NCBI GenBank assembly: GCA_964035545.1
Contig: OZ037766.1
Span: forward strand, 4,888,722 to 4,952,721
Length of the DNA stretch: 64,000 nt
Direction of reading: 5' to 3'
DNA from: Bugula neritina
Taxonomy: Eukaryota; Animalia; Bryozoa
Under the pieces are notes generated by a model. The model worked only from the letters and a program-made list of their open reading frames with translations, did not search any database and was not told the origin of the DNA. The position numbers and the translations under genes were made by a program. Position 1 is the first letter of the stretch; every line of letters begins with the position of its first letter. This document shows positions 25,700-38,849 of this stretch, one piece after another.

Positions 25700-28600
25700 T
25701 TATTCTCAAATACTATACAGAGAATCCTGCCATGCTGAATCCTAAACTTAACGTGGATGTAAATGATTAGGTGAACTGCTGCTATTGCCCAGTTTGTAAT
25801 GTTTTATGAAAGTGATATCAAGTATAGTAATTGAGACACATCTGTCTAGACTTCTTTACACAGTCTTCTTGAGTAAATAAGCAAATAAGTGATCAAGCTT
25901 TCACAACAATGTGTTAATTGTGTGCTATGAATAAGTAGCCTTGGCAATCTAACTTCAATATAATAATTGCCCCATGATTTGAAACCACTGCCGTGCTGTA
26001 TATAGGCTTGCACTCCACCTCCTTTGCAGTTGACACAATTCGCCAAGTAAACTGAAAGTTCTGAATTTAAAAATGTTAGTGAACCTTATTAAAAGCCCCA
26101 ACCTTGAGCCTAGGTAAAGCAGAGTTAAGTTCAAACCATTTTGGGTTTGTTGCCAAACATGACAGAAAAATAAGCACAAAAGCCTAGTTGGTAGTTTCTG
26201 GATGCAGTTTTTGGATAGCTCAGTTTATTAGCTGGCACTATGGTGGTAAATGAAACCTTTGAAAAATTATCTCCCATGTTACGATCAGCATATACATCTC
26301 AGACTTCTCCAAATATGTCTGTAATGCCTCATCACTGCATCTACATTGCTTCGAATGTTACTGTTCTCAAACATCGAATGAAAAATCCAAGGGGACAATG
26401 CTAAGCAATGGAAATGCAGTGATTTAAGCTTTGCATCTAACCCACTGTTTTGAATTGTTTAAGAGAGTCGTTGTCTTGTGACTAAAAGCTACATTGGTCA
26501 GATATGAATGCCACAGCCAGAGTGGAGCTCTTTGAGTGAGGTTCAATGAACCAGCCTACTGTCTGAATGTCTGCACATAGACAGCCTCAGTTACATAACT
26601 TTATTAATGATATGTTAATAGCGTGGAGCTTTGTGCTACTGGCTGTCGAGTTAACCACTAGTGTGAGGTTGTTCAACCTTTTTCAACCAATGTAATTACG
26701 TAACAGCTTACAGCATCTGTTGATGGTAACTGCCTGGTATAACTTTGTTGATGTAGTTACTATGGGCTTTATTTACTTGTCGTCTGCCAGTTGAGTGGAC
26801 GGCTTTCGTCATCTATCTGGTTTCAAAGATGAAACTGTGGCAGTTGGGAGTATCGAGAGTTGGCCAACTGGTGTGTTTTACCTTTTACTTATTGCTTTTC
26901 ATTAGTTTATGGGATATTTATATTGATTAAATGGAATGTTTTACTTTATGCATAACCTGTAAAAATCATGCTTTTGTAACAAATTTTTCATCCTATAGAT
27001 GGATAAGCTAAAATTTTAACAGGCAACTTTTTAATTGTGCTCAAGCCTGATAATTTTTGAAGCACCAATTTCTAATTGTTAGTGAGAGGTTTGAATTAAC
27101 AGAAGCCTTTTCTACTTGTTAACTTGGTAATATCTATGGTATATTTAGCAATATTTCTTGAAAATGGCCTTTTCACCTTTACAGTCCACCTTAACCTCAT
27201 AACTGTAAGTGGTCATTCTAACTGTAGGATCTGGTTTAAAATTTTTAAGTTTTTTTTATTCTAACTTGCAAACATTTGTGTTTGGTGCTGATTTTTATTT
27301 ATTGATGGACCACAGTTACCACAGTTTAATATAATTTCTACCTTCCCTATCATACTTTTGCATATAACCTAACAGTACTGTTTATTAGAGAGTTAGAAGG
27401 TAGCAGCTTTAGCATAGCCGTTCCATACCAGCTGAAATATTGTTACCAACCTTGTGTTCAATTTGGTTTCTGTTGTCATTGTTCTCAATTTCCATTTAGT
27501 TTTCATGTGAAGCAAATCTTTTCAAAGTTTTGGAAAACTGATTACTAAATCTATAAAAGTCAAAGTTTTCACTGAAAACCACTAAGCGCTGTTATTGTAG
27601 TTACTAATTGCTGCCAATTTGAGACTAAATGAGAACCAGTTATTTCTTGGAAATCGCATTTTATGCTATGGCAAATTTTTAATACTCTCTATTAACAAAT
27701 AATTTTTTATTGCTTCCTGGGAGGAGGTTAAAATAAACTAAATTAAAACCCACTTAACAAGCCTATCATTTTGGTTTTGCACAAAAAAGGAGGTTTTTAA
27801 ACTGAGTTTTCATACCCAATCTTGGCTAAAATACCGAATGCATTGGTCAATTAGAAGTCTTCACCATAACCCTTCAATGTCTTACGGTTGTTTTTTCCAT
27901 AGACCTAAATTTTTATCTGCCATGTTGCTAACCTAAGCTAGGCTTATAATTACTGTTAAGTGCTTTTCTAAAGCACCTCCAAATAAACAGACTTCTCACA
28001 GGAAGTCCAATTGTTGCGAGCATCAGTCCTAAATATATTACTTGATAAGTTCTTTTGCTGGGTCCACCTTCCAACATCTGCCACGGTATCGTATGGCTAT
28101 GCCAGTGGAGCAGCTCTATTGTTTGCAAGTTGTTTACATTTATTCGCTATGCATTTGTAACCGCAAAGAGCTTGTAGGATCATTATCTTTCATTGCGGTC
28201 ACTTCAACGCTAAAATACTGTTGTGCTCAGACTAAGCAGCATTAACCCCTGTCTAGACGAGTTATATAACACCTAACAGCAACTCTTCTAAGATTTACAT
28301 TCTCTTTGAAATGCTTCTCTTCATGCCAGTCTTGCAAATCTTATTTGAAATTAAGACATACTTGTGTTGATGGGTTTTGTTTTATAATAAACAGTATGTT
28401 GAATTGAAACCCCAAAGTATATCATGGTGTTTTTTGCTGTCCGTTTATTTTCAAATGTTTGCAAGATTTTTGCAGGTCTAAGAATGCCAAGGTGCTGGTA
28501 GCGTTGTTGAAGTTCATGGACTAGCCTAACTGGTATCTATTACTGCTCCATGTAATTTTTCTAGAACTTTCGAGTAAATTAAAATAGATATTGCTTATTG

Positions 28601-28800
28601 TTTTTCTTTTGGCTTGAAATGTCTGTTTTGTATTCTGTGTACTTCAACCTTGTTGGAACTGTATCAGGAGTTTTCTTGTATTTCTTGTTTGTTTTTAATT
28701 TGAGTTTTTATGAAATTTGCAACAACCAGTTCAAATATCAGTTTCTAAAGTTTGAAAATACACAACTTCTGGTTTTTCAGTTATTCCTCAGTAGTAGTGT
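25700..28800 (-). mobile_element. Heavily decayed non-LTR retrotransposon (LINE, CR1/L2/Jockey-like) ORF2 remnant; boundaries approximate
   Basis: Minus-strand RT motif remnants in the expected order, with frameshifts: ISDQCSF (~26505-26485, like Q.GF), FSKV (~26270-26255, like DFSKAFD), NSALP-GSRLGLLI (~26130-26087, like GVPQGSxLGPLLF), and NWF (~27640, like PWF). Confidence 0.45.
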
Positions 28801-31800
28801 TGAATAGCAGAGTCAAAGTAGGTAGTCCTTACAGCAATGTGAATGTGTTGGTGTGGAATAGTCTACATTACATACATTACACAGAGTGCACTTAGAAGCA
28901 CTGTGTCACTGTTGTTAGCCTACCATGATTAATTGCTCTACAGCCAGTATACGTGCCATAGACTAACGTCACGGCTGAGTGCACAAGAGAGAGACAGGGA
29001 GGCTAACCCGTAAATCCGAACTTGTGATTTGTTAATACACAAGGTCTGTTGAGCGGGAGAGTTTCTTTGTTTATCAGACATCGTTGAGGAGAAGGTAAAT
29101 TGGAGACATCGTGGCGCTTGTCTGCTTTTCAGCAGCAGTTTTCTCTGGTTGACTGTTGATAAAGATGACCAGTTTCAGGGGGTTATGGTGCACCACTGTC
29201 TGCTGTTACACCCCTGGGAATGTACTGGCCAATGTCTGGGCTACTTCAGATCACGTTATATATTAGCTCAGTCTCATGATCTAAATTATAGTGTTACATA
29301 ATAGTCTTCCAAGGGTATTATGTAATATATTAATAGAGTAGATTGGTAATAGTGTAGTTGGGCTGATAAATCAGTCTGGTGTAGAGAGATGTTATATAAT
29401 TTTAGGTTCAATAACCATCAATTTTAGACAAGATTATTACTTCCAGCCCAGGTTTCTGTCTAGCTGCTGCTATTTATAGATTTATTATTTGGATGTCAAA
29501 TTAATATAATATTTATATTTCTTTACTCACTTTATATTGCTTCACTGTGCAGCTGCTAGACTATATTTAGCTATGTCCAATACCATATGCAAGCTGCAAC
29601 CATGGCAAGCTTTAATATTACTTTTCAATTTCCCATCAAAACTGTTATTGGTGTTGTAGGCTTAGAACTTAGACTATAAAGCTGTGTGTGTCAGTCGCTA
29701 GTCAATACTGGAATATGCTGGCTATTAGGGTTTCATATCTAGGATAGCTTTAAGATTTTCAAAAGTAACTTCTGCTGTGAATAGCCAATGGATGGCCTTC
29801 GACATCAGCCATTACAGCTGTTACTAGATAAAAAAAATTTTAAAAACTGGTTTTAAACAACGTATATAATGTGACCAGTGGCTACAAATATAAATACTGT
29901 AATTGTCAAGTTGACCAGACTCTGCTTACTAAGCTGATAGTCTAACAAGTGTCGCAAGTAAATCTGCTGCGGTTCCACGAGTTCCCGCCTTGGCAAGGAG
30001 GGTCTTGTGGCACGCCATGTTTCTACTGACCTTTCTGTGCCATGCGACTCAGTCACATAGACACTAATCACTGCTACATACTGCTACATCACAGGCCACC
30101 TTATGCTGGTATCTCATCATTTCTTACACAAAAACCTAATTATGTCTGTCTGGTGTTTGTTTGGGATTGTTTTTTGGTAAATATTAGTCTTTGATTGGCT
30201 AACATTAAAGTATTCTGTTTGTACTTTGTTCTGTGGCGGTAGCTCCGCCCAAATAGAAAAGGAAATCATCGCCATCTTACTCGGTAATGCCGAAGAGGAA
30301 GCATGTTGAAGGAGAAACAAAAAGCCGACTGGAAAAGCCAGACAGTGGTGGCGGAGTGACCTACATGCAAGGTAACGTGCCATACTATTCCAGTGTCATC
30401 TTCTGATTGATGAAGAGGCTCTAACATTTGCAGTTTATTGCTCATTGGTAGCTGTAGCTGACGCTAGGTGTCTGGATCTTTATGCCAGGTAATCATAATG
30501 CAGTGTATTTATCACTGTTGGCTGCTCTACCAAGAAATATTAGTGGATATCTAGCCCTGTGTGGTTTTTTGGGCAGTTTACTAGCAGTTCTCATTGTGAC
30601 CAACTTTCAAGGTCATCTCCAACTACTGCTCAACTACTAGCAAATCTAAACACTATTGTTTTTGAAAACTTCAATAAATGCAGGCTGGGGTTTCAACAAA
30701 CACTGCATGTTGGGAGGCTGAGCATAGGTGTATAGTACTCGGATGCTATGATTCATAAAGATGCTATGAGTCATACAGCGTCAGGTATCCTAGTGTTGCT
30801 GCTCTTTACTTGTGCAAAAATTGCAGGTAGCTAAACTGTCACAAGCTTGGATAGTAACTAGCATTGGCTAGTTACTACTACTACTAGTAGTACTAGCTTA
30901 TTAACTTGTCCTTAATAGACAGTATTAAACACAGTAGTAAATTGTACTTTAGCGCCAGCTATTGTCATTCGTAATGCGTCAGATTTGGCTGATAAAGCGC
31001 AAGTAATGTTATATGGAACTGCTGCAAGCAGTATTTTGTTGTTACAAACATTTTTTGCTGTAAACAGTTTAGACTTTATCCTGCCAACCAGTGCACAATG
31101 GTATCTACTCTGGAAGGTGTTGTTTCTTGCCACATTCTGTGTAGGTAATTATGACTCTTGAACAAATATCTAACTGCCAAATTCATGATATAATTTCTAT
31201 TAGACTACTTCTGGTAGAGTTTGTATCTGAGTTTGCTGATTAGGTGAAATGTTAGAGGTAGGGGAAGGAACTACACGGCATTGTGGGTCTACTGCTTGTG
31301 GGATGGGAATACTATTAGTACGACAGAATGAGGTAGTTGGTTGTATAGTCATACATACTATTAGCTATGCAAGCAACTAGCTCTATGTGTTGTATAGAAT
31401 AAAAGTGAGAGTTTTTACATCCCCACCAAGAAATGTTCTCTAAATAAGAAAGTAAAACTCTTTTCTCCATCCCTGAGACCTAAACTTGTGACTCAGTTGT
31501 GCATTCACAAGTCTATGTATTGGGGCTAGAGATATGAGTATCTAACTGCATTACGTACCAGCTGTGTGTCACCCCATACTATATAATTAATTGTTTGTCA
31601 TGAGTTTTGGTTGGCTGTGTTGTGTTTGGAAAGAATCGAACTCAACCAGATGCTGAATGTTTTGAGCTCAGAATTCTTTGCTGGAAACACCGCAGAATAT
31701 TCAGTAAGTCCATTTTAATATATTCAACTGGGGCGGTTAAACTAAAAACTAGAATGGCGTGGCTTTTGCGAAGCTTATGGTAACCTTAATGCGGTGTTGG

Positions 31801-33899
31801 GTTAATTTCAACTTTTAGCTGGCAAGTTTTATGTATTGTGGTAGTCTAATATAAAACATGCTTATTCCAACACCCTTTTCCTAGAATAGGTTAGTCATCT
31901 CGAAAGAGAAGTGATTTTCCTGTTTTCAATCTAGTTTTCTGGTACAGACTCTTAGCTTAAATTACAATGCTCATTAGTAGTACAGCTTTTTGTTTAGACA
32001 TCACATGATTGATAAGGTTCTTGGAAAGCCTGGTTGACACTTAGCAGCTGGTCCTTGACTGGTGCCCAACTCATAGCCCCTATATTCTAAGGGTTACTTA
32101 CTTCATATTGTCGGTATTCTACTTATTCATAATATGTACACTGCTTACTGCACAGCATCTCATACTTCTAGTGTCCAAATAAATGCTGTGAAGGCGGGTT
32201 TAACTTTTTTTGTTCTGGCTAGACATGGTAATGTAGGTTTAGCATTGCCGGATAACAGTATGACCGCACTGTTTCGCCTTGCAAGAAATGGCCTTCATTA
32301 AAGGTTATGTCTGCTCCGGCTTGATACCGATATGATCTAAATGCACTTTACTGAATTTTGGTTTAAAGTTGCAATTACTAAATTGACTTCTTACTAGGAG
32401 GTGATATTTTGGATAGAGGCCTTTTATAAAGGTTAGCTGAAGGGTTTCTAATTTATACCGGTTATTCAGTTTTAGAAGGCAACAACTCCAGTTTCCTGGA
32501 AATCTGTGGAATTATTCTAGGGAAGTTGTTTTCAGGAGTAGCTAGTAGCCCTATTGAGGTGTACTGACACAGTTAGAGCGGACAATGTACTCTTGTTTGG
32601 TGCTCCTAGAACTGGTGGTGAGAGATCAACTTTAGTTATCAGTGGATGTTACTAATTGTGAAAAGGTAATGAAAGTACTCAATGAGCTCTATACAAAGAA
32701 GTTGATACACCTGGATTTTAGGTGCAGTAGTGGAGGTAGAGTTGGCCTAAGTTCTTTCAATTTCTTTATAGATTTTGGTTTGGGGCAAACATGAAATGAG
32801 ATCTCATTGTAGCAGTAGAAGGTAATTCTCAACTGCTGTTTGCGACAGCAGTTGATAAACTGAAAATTATAGAAAGCTTTTTACAATCAGCATTATCTTT
32901 ATTCCACACCACTACTCTTCTGCTTTTATCATTAACATTTCAATTTTTGTAACTAACTTTATTCTATTGCTGTTTTGTGAGCAAACTGTGTAATGTCTAC
33001 ACCATAGGTGCCATCTTAATGTCAACATTTATATTCTGTGTATTGGAATATTTTATAAGCACTTGTCTTGAAATGTTTACATAACAGTGCTGTAGTCTCA
33101 AGTATCTGATCCATTATGTGTCAACACTTGACAAGAAATTGCTGATACAAAAGAACTGAAAAGTGTCAACACTGTCTTCAGTTGTGGAGTTGTCTTTCTC
33201 TTTTATTCAACACTTCTATTTGTTTTTTTGTTGTTTGGTAAATGACAGAAAGGTGTGGGAGAAAAAATGTTGACACTAAAAGGAAGCTATTTGGTAGCTA
33301 TGTAGCTGGACTGAGAGATAAACTTGCTGCTAGAGGCAGCATCTATTAAATCAGTTTGTATTTTTAGTTTGTTCATATTTCAGTGTGTTGCAGAGAATGG
33401 CTGCCAAGTTTAGAGCGTCTCTCGGAACTACAAACATGATAAAGGCGGAACAAGTCCAGGCGTGGCTGTATCACTAAGTATTAATGCAGCGGCCATCTTG
33501 TAGGCTATATATAGCGCAGCAGAAGCCGCGCACCATGTCACATCTCTGACAGGATGTTCTGTTTACAAGGATTAACCACAGTAAGTTTATTTTAGCATTA
33601 GCCTTTTTAGTTTTAATGTTAGCATCAAAATGTGTCACAATCTTATTCCACAAACTCGACAAACTCTCCGTTGAGTTTCTGAGTAAGATATGCGTCCAGT
33701 TTTGCTGTTACCACCAATCTGTAAAGTTCTTTTTAGAGGTTGTGTTTAGAGTTAATAATTGGTCATGTCATGAAAAGATGTTTTGATTAAATCACTATTA
33801 ACTAAAAAATATATGTGCAACCTAGCAGCAGAAATGTATCAAGCCTGAGCTGAAAGATTTCTGGCTATATGGTAGGCAACAAGGGAGAGCTTCAAGTTA

Positions 33900-36800
33900 T
33901 TACAGGGGAGAAATTCCGGCAAGAAGTCTTAGTTGCTCGAACACAGCAAAAGTGACGATGGTATGGGGGGCTATCCTAGCCCAGACTGGAATGAAGCCTT
34001 TGTACAATCCTCTTATACCTTCTGTCCTCACTGTCTTTATCACCACGTCTATAGGTGACCTGTACTTTGCTGACATATCTAGAATTTATAAACCAATCAG
34101 CTTATTGCAGATTAACTCTTTCTAGAGGTGAATTTCTGTGTATTTACGGATAGTCAACTACTTGATAGAGCTCTAACAAAATCTAGCAAATTGATTCTTT
34201 ATTGGTAAAATCATAAAGTAAAATCATAATTCATTTAATTTCGCGCAATAAATTCATTACAGCTCTTACCATTTTGTAGGCTTCACAAAGGTTTTAGTTG
34301 TCACTTAAATTATAATATGCAAAATCAGTTTTGCTAGCCGCAAATCAAAATTATCATATTTATGAAGTAAGTTGACCACATGTGACTACTAATTACTAGA
34401 AGCTATACATGTTCATAATAATGGTAACCAAATGAGTCTTCATAGAAAATTAATTTATCTGAGAAAGATTTAACTTGACTTCTATTTCAGAAGTTTTCCT
34501 GCAATAATTTAGTTGCTAGCTGAAGCAGCTGGTTTTCTGAAGGGCAATAATTTTTTCATTTATTATAAAATTATTATTAATACTTGCCCATAGACTGTTT
34601 AATCAGTCTCGTTTTAATGACATCTATGGGAGCCGTGACAACAGCGTTGGCAAAACCGGCAATAATGGAGCAAGTAAGGTGAAGAGGAAGTCCTTCTACC
34701 ATTATCCCTCTCTTGAGAAAAGTCTGTTTGGAGTGATCATAAACAGACATCTAAAATTTATTTTTTATAGTCTATGAATTGTTTCATAGCAAAGGGATGT
34801 ATATTATGTATAATTTTCAACCAGTCACCTGGTGTATTTTTACAAAATTTGTCATGTCCTCATATCTTAGTGAAACTATTCTCATTTTATTGGAATATTT
34901 GAAATATTGAAGCGGTAAAAATTTTGTTGGGAAGCCTTAGAACCTTGTATTCCTTATTGGACTATAAAGTGTTGGAAACTCACTTGAGAAGCCGTGGCAT
35001 GTACAGCTCTCCATATGTTTGGGCCACAGGCTATGTAGAAGGATCGAACTCCTCCATTTCTATAAATGTCTCGAACCACACTCCGGAAACTCACATGTCT
35101 CGTGGTGGACACTCTGGCTTGCATCTGCACCTTTATTACATCAGTTGGGTTAGAGATCACTGCCCCTATAGCACCTGTGCATCAAGTATTTAAAGAGCTG
35201 CTGTTTTACAATCATTGATGTCTGATGCTTTTGTATGCAATGTAATACTAATTTAGCTAACTTATTATAGAGATCTAGTGGCAGTCAAACTAAAGTTATA
35301 GTTGTGCTTATTGAATTCTTTAAAGTAGACAAACTCCTTATACATTATTTTTAAAAGTTTCCTTAGCAAATGAAGCAGCCAATAATATCAAAGATTGTTG
35401 AATCTTTATGTCTTACAATGGCTGCTTATGAGACTTGAGGGCTCGGAAAGTTGTACCAATTTACATAGTCAGTTTTGCATCTGTCTTTCTCAAAAGGTTG
35501 CATGTCAATAAAAATTCAATGATTCCCTAATTTACCTCATTTGTATAAGGAAAAAAGATTCTCAATATACTTTTAGCTTCTTTAGATTTCACCGAAAAAA
35601 TTCAGCAAAAAATGAATTTCCATTCTTGTTTGGAGTGACCTCATTTACAAATGGGTACCTGCTATAGCTCCGGCTGTAATCTTTAAACTCATTGGTGTAT
35701 TTGCTTTGTCAGTGCCTCCTATCTGGTATTTAATAGGCTCATAGCTACCCATACGAATTGCACTGAATGACATTTCACGGAGCACTGCAGCAGACCACCT
35801 GTTACAGAAAACTTGAGCTAGTAAATGTATCTGCTAAATAAGTAAATTTATTTTATACTAACAAGCATTATATAGCTGAAATTGTATAGCTATGGTAGAA
35901 GTTATCCTACCTTGTACACTTTCAGTTTACACTTAGATGTTAGGCCATAGCATTTTATAGACAGTATAATGTACTCAGTGAACAATAGCTTATATTTTAT
36001 ACCAAAGGCTAGAAAGTCCAGAAATGTGGCATCCTTGGGAGTGGTGTTGCTAATCTATTGTAAATGTTGTAAAGAAATTTTAAAAACATAATATATTTTT
36101 TTACTGTATCCGAGTATGCTATTGATATAAAAGGAAACTTGTGTTATATCATTTACCCTTTCCATATAGCACCAAATCCTTCTTCACACACCAACGTTTT
36201 TAAACCTCTAAGCATGCCATTATATTTCTTAACAGCATGTTTATGGTAAGAGAGCTCATTGTCCAGTTGCAGGCGAATCTTTATCACATCCATTGGATTC
36301 CCAACTTTAATATACATTAAATATTAGCTTTTACTATCTGAGAAATAGAGTTTGGTTTAAAAAACATCAACTCATTATTTAACTATTTCAGTGAGTTGTA
36401 ACAAATTGATTTTGTTGCCTGTACATAATCACTTTTTGCTGTATGGAGAAAATAATTACGTTGATGCTCATTCATTAAATGCTACCAAATACTTTCCAAC
36501 TGTTACTAAAAATATAACTGATGAAACACATACCCTTAAATGAACAAAACATTTGACATTGGGAACTTTAGGCCTTAGTGTTGGCATTCAAGTTGCATTA
36601 TAAATATAGAGGAGCATGGGGCAGAGATAGCTTTTTACGACATTTTGTAAATACTTTGAATGTTCTTTTATTTTAAATAATCCAACAGAGTTCTGACTTT
36701 TTTCCAATTTTGTTTATGCCTACTTATTATATAACCAGCATTTACACTGAATTTCACAACATCTTTTCATATCTGTGATATGTTATGAATCAATCAATAA

Positions 36801-36955
36801 ATGGTAAACCTTTCAATGACCAGTCTTTGTACCAGTTTTTATGTCTAACCTGTAGCCCCGGCACTGTTGGACACCCCAGCGAGAAAGAAGAGTTTCCAGT
36901 TGACATTGACAGCATGACTTGGTACACTGGCTCTTCTCTCAAGTGATTCTCTCAT
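33900..36955 (-). CDS. SLC25 mitochondrial carrier, UCP/ucpB-like (308 aa), 6 exons
   Basis: Exons 36955-36850, 36304-36157, 35798-35659, 35174-34984, 34750-34588, 34078-33900 (927 nt). Three Px[DE]xx[KR]x[RQ] signatures (PMDVIKIR, PTDVIKVQ, PIDVIKTR), plus EEGFGAIWKG, EGIRGLYKG and RIAPHT..TF..FEQLR. Intron 5 has a GC donor. Confidence 0.92.
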
Positions 36956-37613
36956 CTTTCTGCCTCCCCGGGTACATAAAGAGTTGATAGACTATGGCAT
37001 TACTAAAAATGCAAGAAAAGGTAAAGGGACTACAGCCACTAAACACTAATGCCTATAAGTCCAGGCAAGTGGGCGCAACTGAGACTAGTTGGAGTTGATA
37101 TCTCGTCATCAACTATTGGTAGGGATAACTCCAAATAATAGCTAAACGTGTCTATTTAACCAGCTTGCTTGGTGTACAGCTGTGGCATACAGCTCAGGTG
37201 TTGTTGGTAGGAAACACTACAGCTGGTCTACTAAGGTTTAAAGATAACTATATGTGTAATAAATAGTAACAGTTACATAATCCTTAGTAGTGTGATTGTT
37301 TTCCTCTCTATTTTTAGCCCCAGTCATTGTGTCCATAGACCAAAAACTTATGATGGAGTACAAGCTACCATTCTTACAGGTCTGTATGTATTCACAATGT
37401 TATGCTGTTAACCAAAGCAAAGGAGATTCTGTTTTTATAAATAAGACATCAGTTTTTATGTAAGATAAACGGAGAGAAATAATGAGTAAACTACCATCTA
37501 GTTACTAGCCAAGCAAAAGAGATCTGAGAAGGTCGTCTGGAATTCAGATTAACATAGGGTGAATTCAATCAGTTTTTATTACCAGCTTATTGAAGGTTTT
37601 GAAGCATAAACAT

Positions 37614-38228
37614 TGTAACTTCTACCCCAGTTTATTAATAATAGGTTGCACTGCTGGAGTTTTGCTGATGTTTATTGAAACCAACTGGTAACCAACGTGA
37701 AACTACAATAATACAATTTAATAATAGAGACATTGATGACAAGAAAAATGAAACATAAAACATTACAAAATTGTTGCATAACAATGTTCAACATACCTCT
37801 ATTACCCTTTCTGGGGAGAGTTAAAGTTAAATATGTAAGGTTGTAATAGTGAAAGTTTAAATATCTCCATGTATCATGTACAAAATCAAAAATGACTTGT
37901 GAGAATTACAACATTCAGTGGAGAAAAGCATCAGACTGGCATGAAGGCATAAAACAACTCAGCTGCTATAATTTCTGGCTACAAGCTATAAAAAGCTGAC
38001 AGCTATTCTGGTAGCAAAAATCATTGCATTGTAATAGTGAAAACAAAGCTATCTGTGGTTTAAAAAAGCTGTGGCTAAGTGAGTAGCTAAGTGAGTAGAT
38101 AAATGAGTATATGGGTGAATGGTGATGAATTGTCCTGTGCCACTGCAAGTGATGATTTGAATAGATTGAGCAAAAGTTAATACAATGTAGTAGTGTGTAA
38201 TATAATAAGGAATGATCAAAACGCTACA
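37614..38228 (-). repeat. 3' LTR of the decayed BEL/Pao element
   Basis: TGTAAC...CTACA; direct repeat of 40958-41574. Confidence 0.9.
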
Positions 38229-38849
38229 CTCCCACTCAAAATTTAGGATTAAATTTTACTTGGTGCTTTTACTAAAACTAATAATTTACTCAATGGCCTG
38301 ACAAGCCTCACTGGCTTTCACTTTAGGGTAGCCATGTACTCTTAGTAGCAGCTTCATAGATCTCACTACGTTCCATTTCAAGACGTAATACTTGGCATTG
38401 ACTAGTCAGAAACCATGATATCTAATGGTGTTCTAATAACCCTGATTAGAATGCTACTAATTAGCCATAATCACTCACTTTCTGCTCACAAAGGTCAAGA
38501 ACCTACACTAGATCTTGTAAAATAGTTTTGCCCTGGAGAACAAAGAGAGCTATCAGACATAGGGGTTGAAACACTGAAACTGCTGTGGATAAGACACCTT
38601 TCCTAGTGTCCGGTTTGATAATGGGGCGGTTCTGGAATGGGAATTGATCTTGTTCAGTATCCCACAGGACACGGAGTGATTGTTCTTGAGGTAATGAATC
38701 GAAGGTGAGATCTAGGGTGGCAAGTGTGTTTGCACACTCACTCCTCGGTAACTGTGATATGACAGACTTACTCTTAGAGGCCATTTCGTAGAGCCACAAT
38801 TTACTGGTTTGACAAATTGGGACTGAGTTTGTTTGGTGAGAATGATGTG

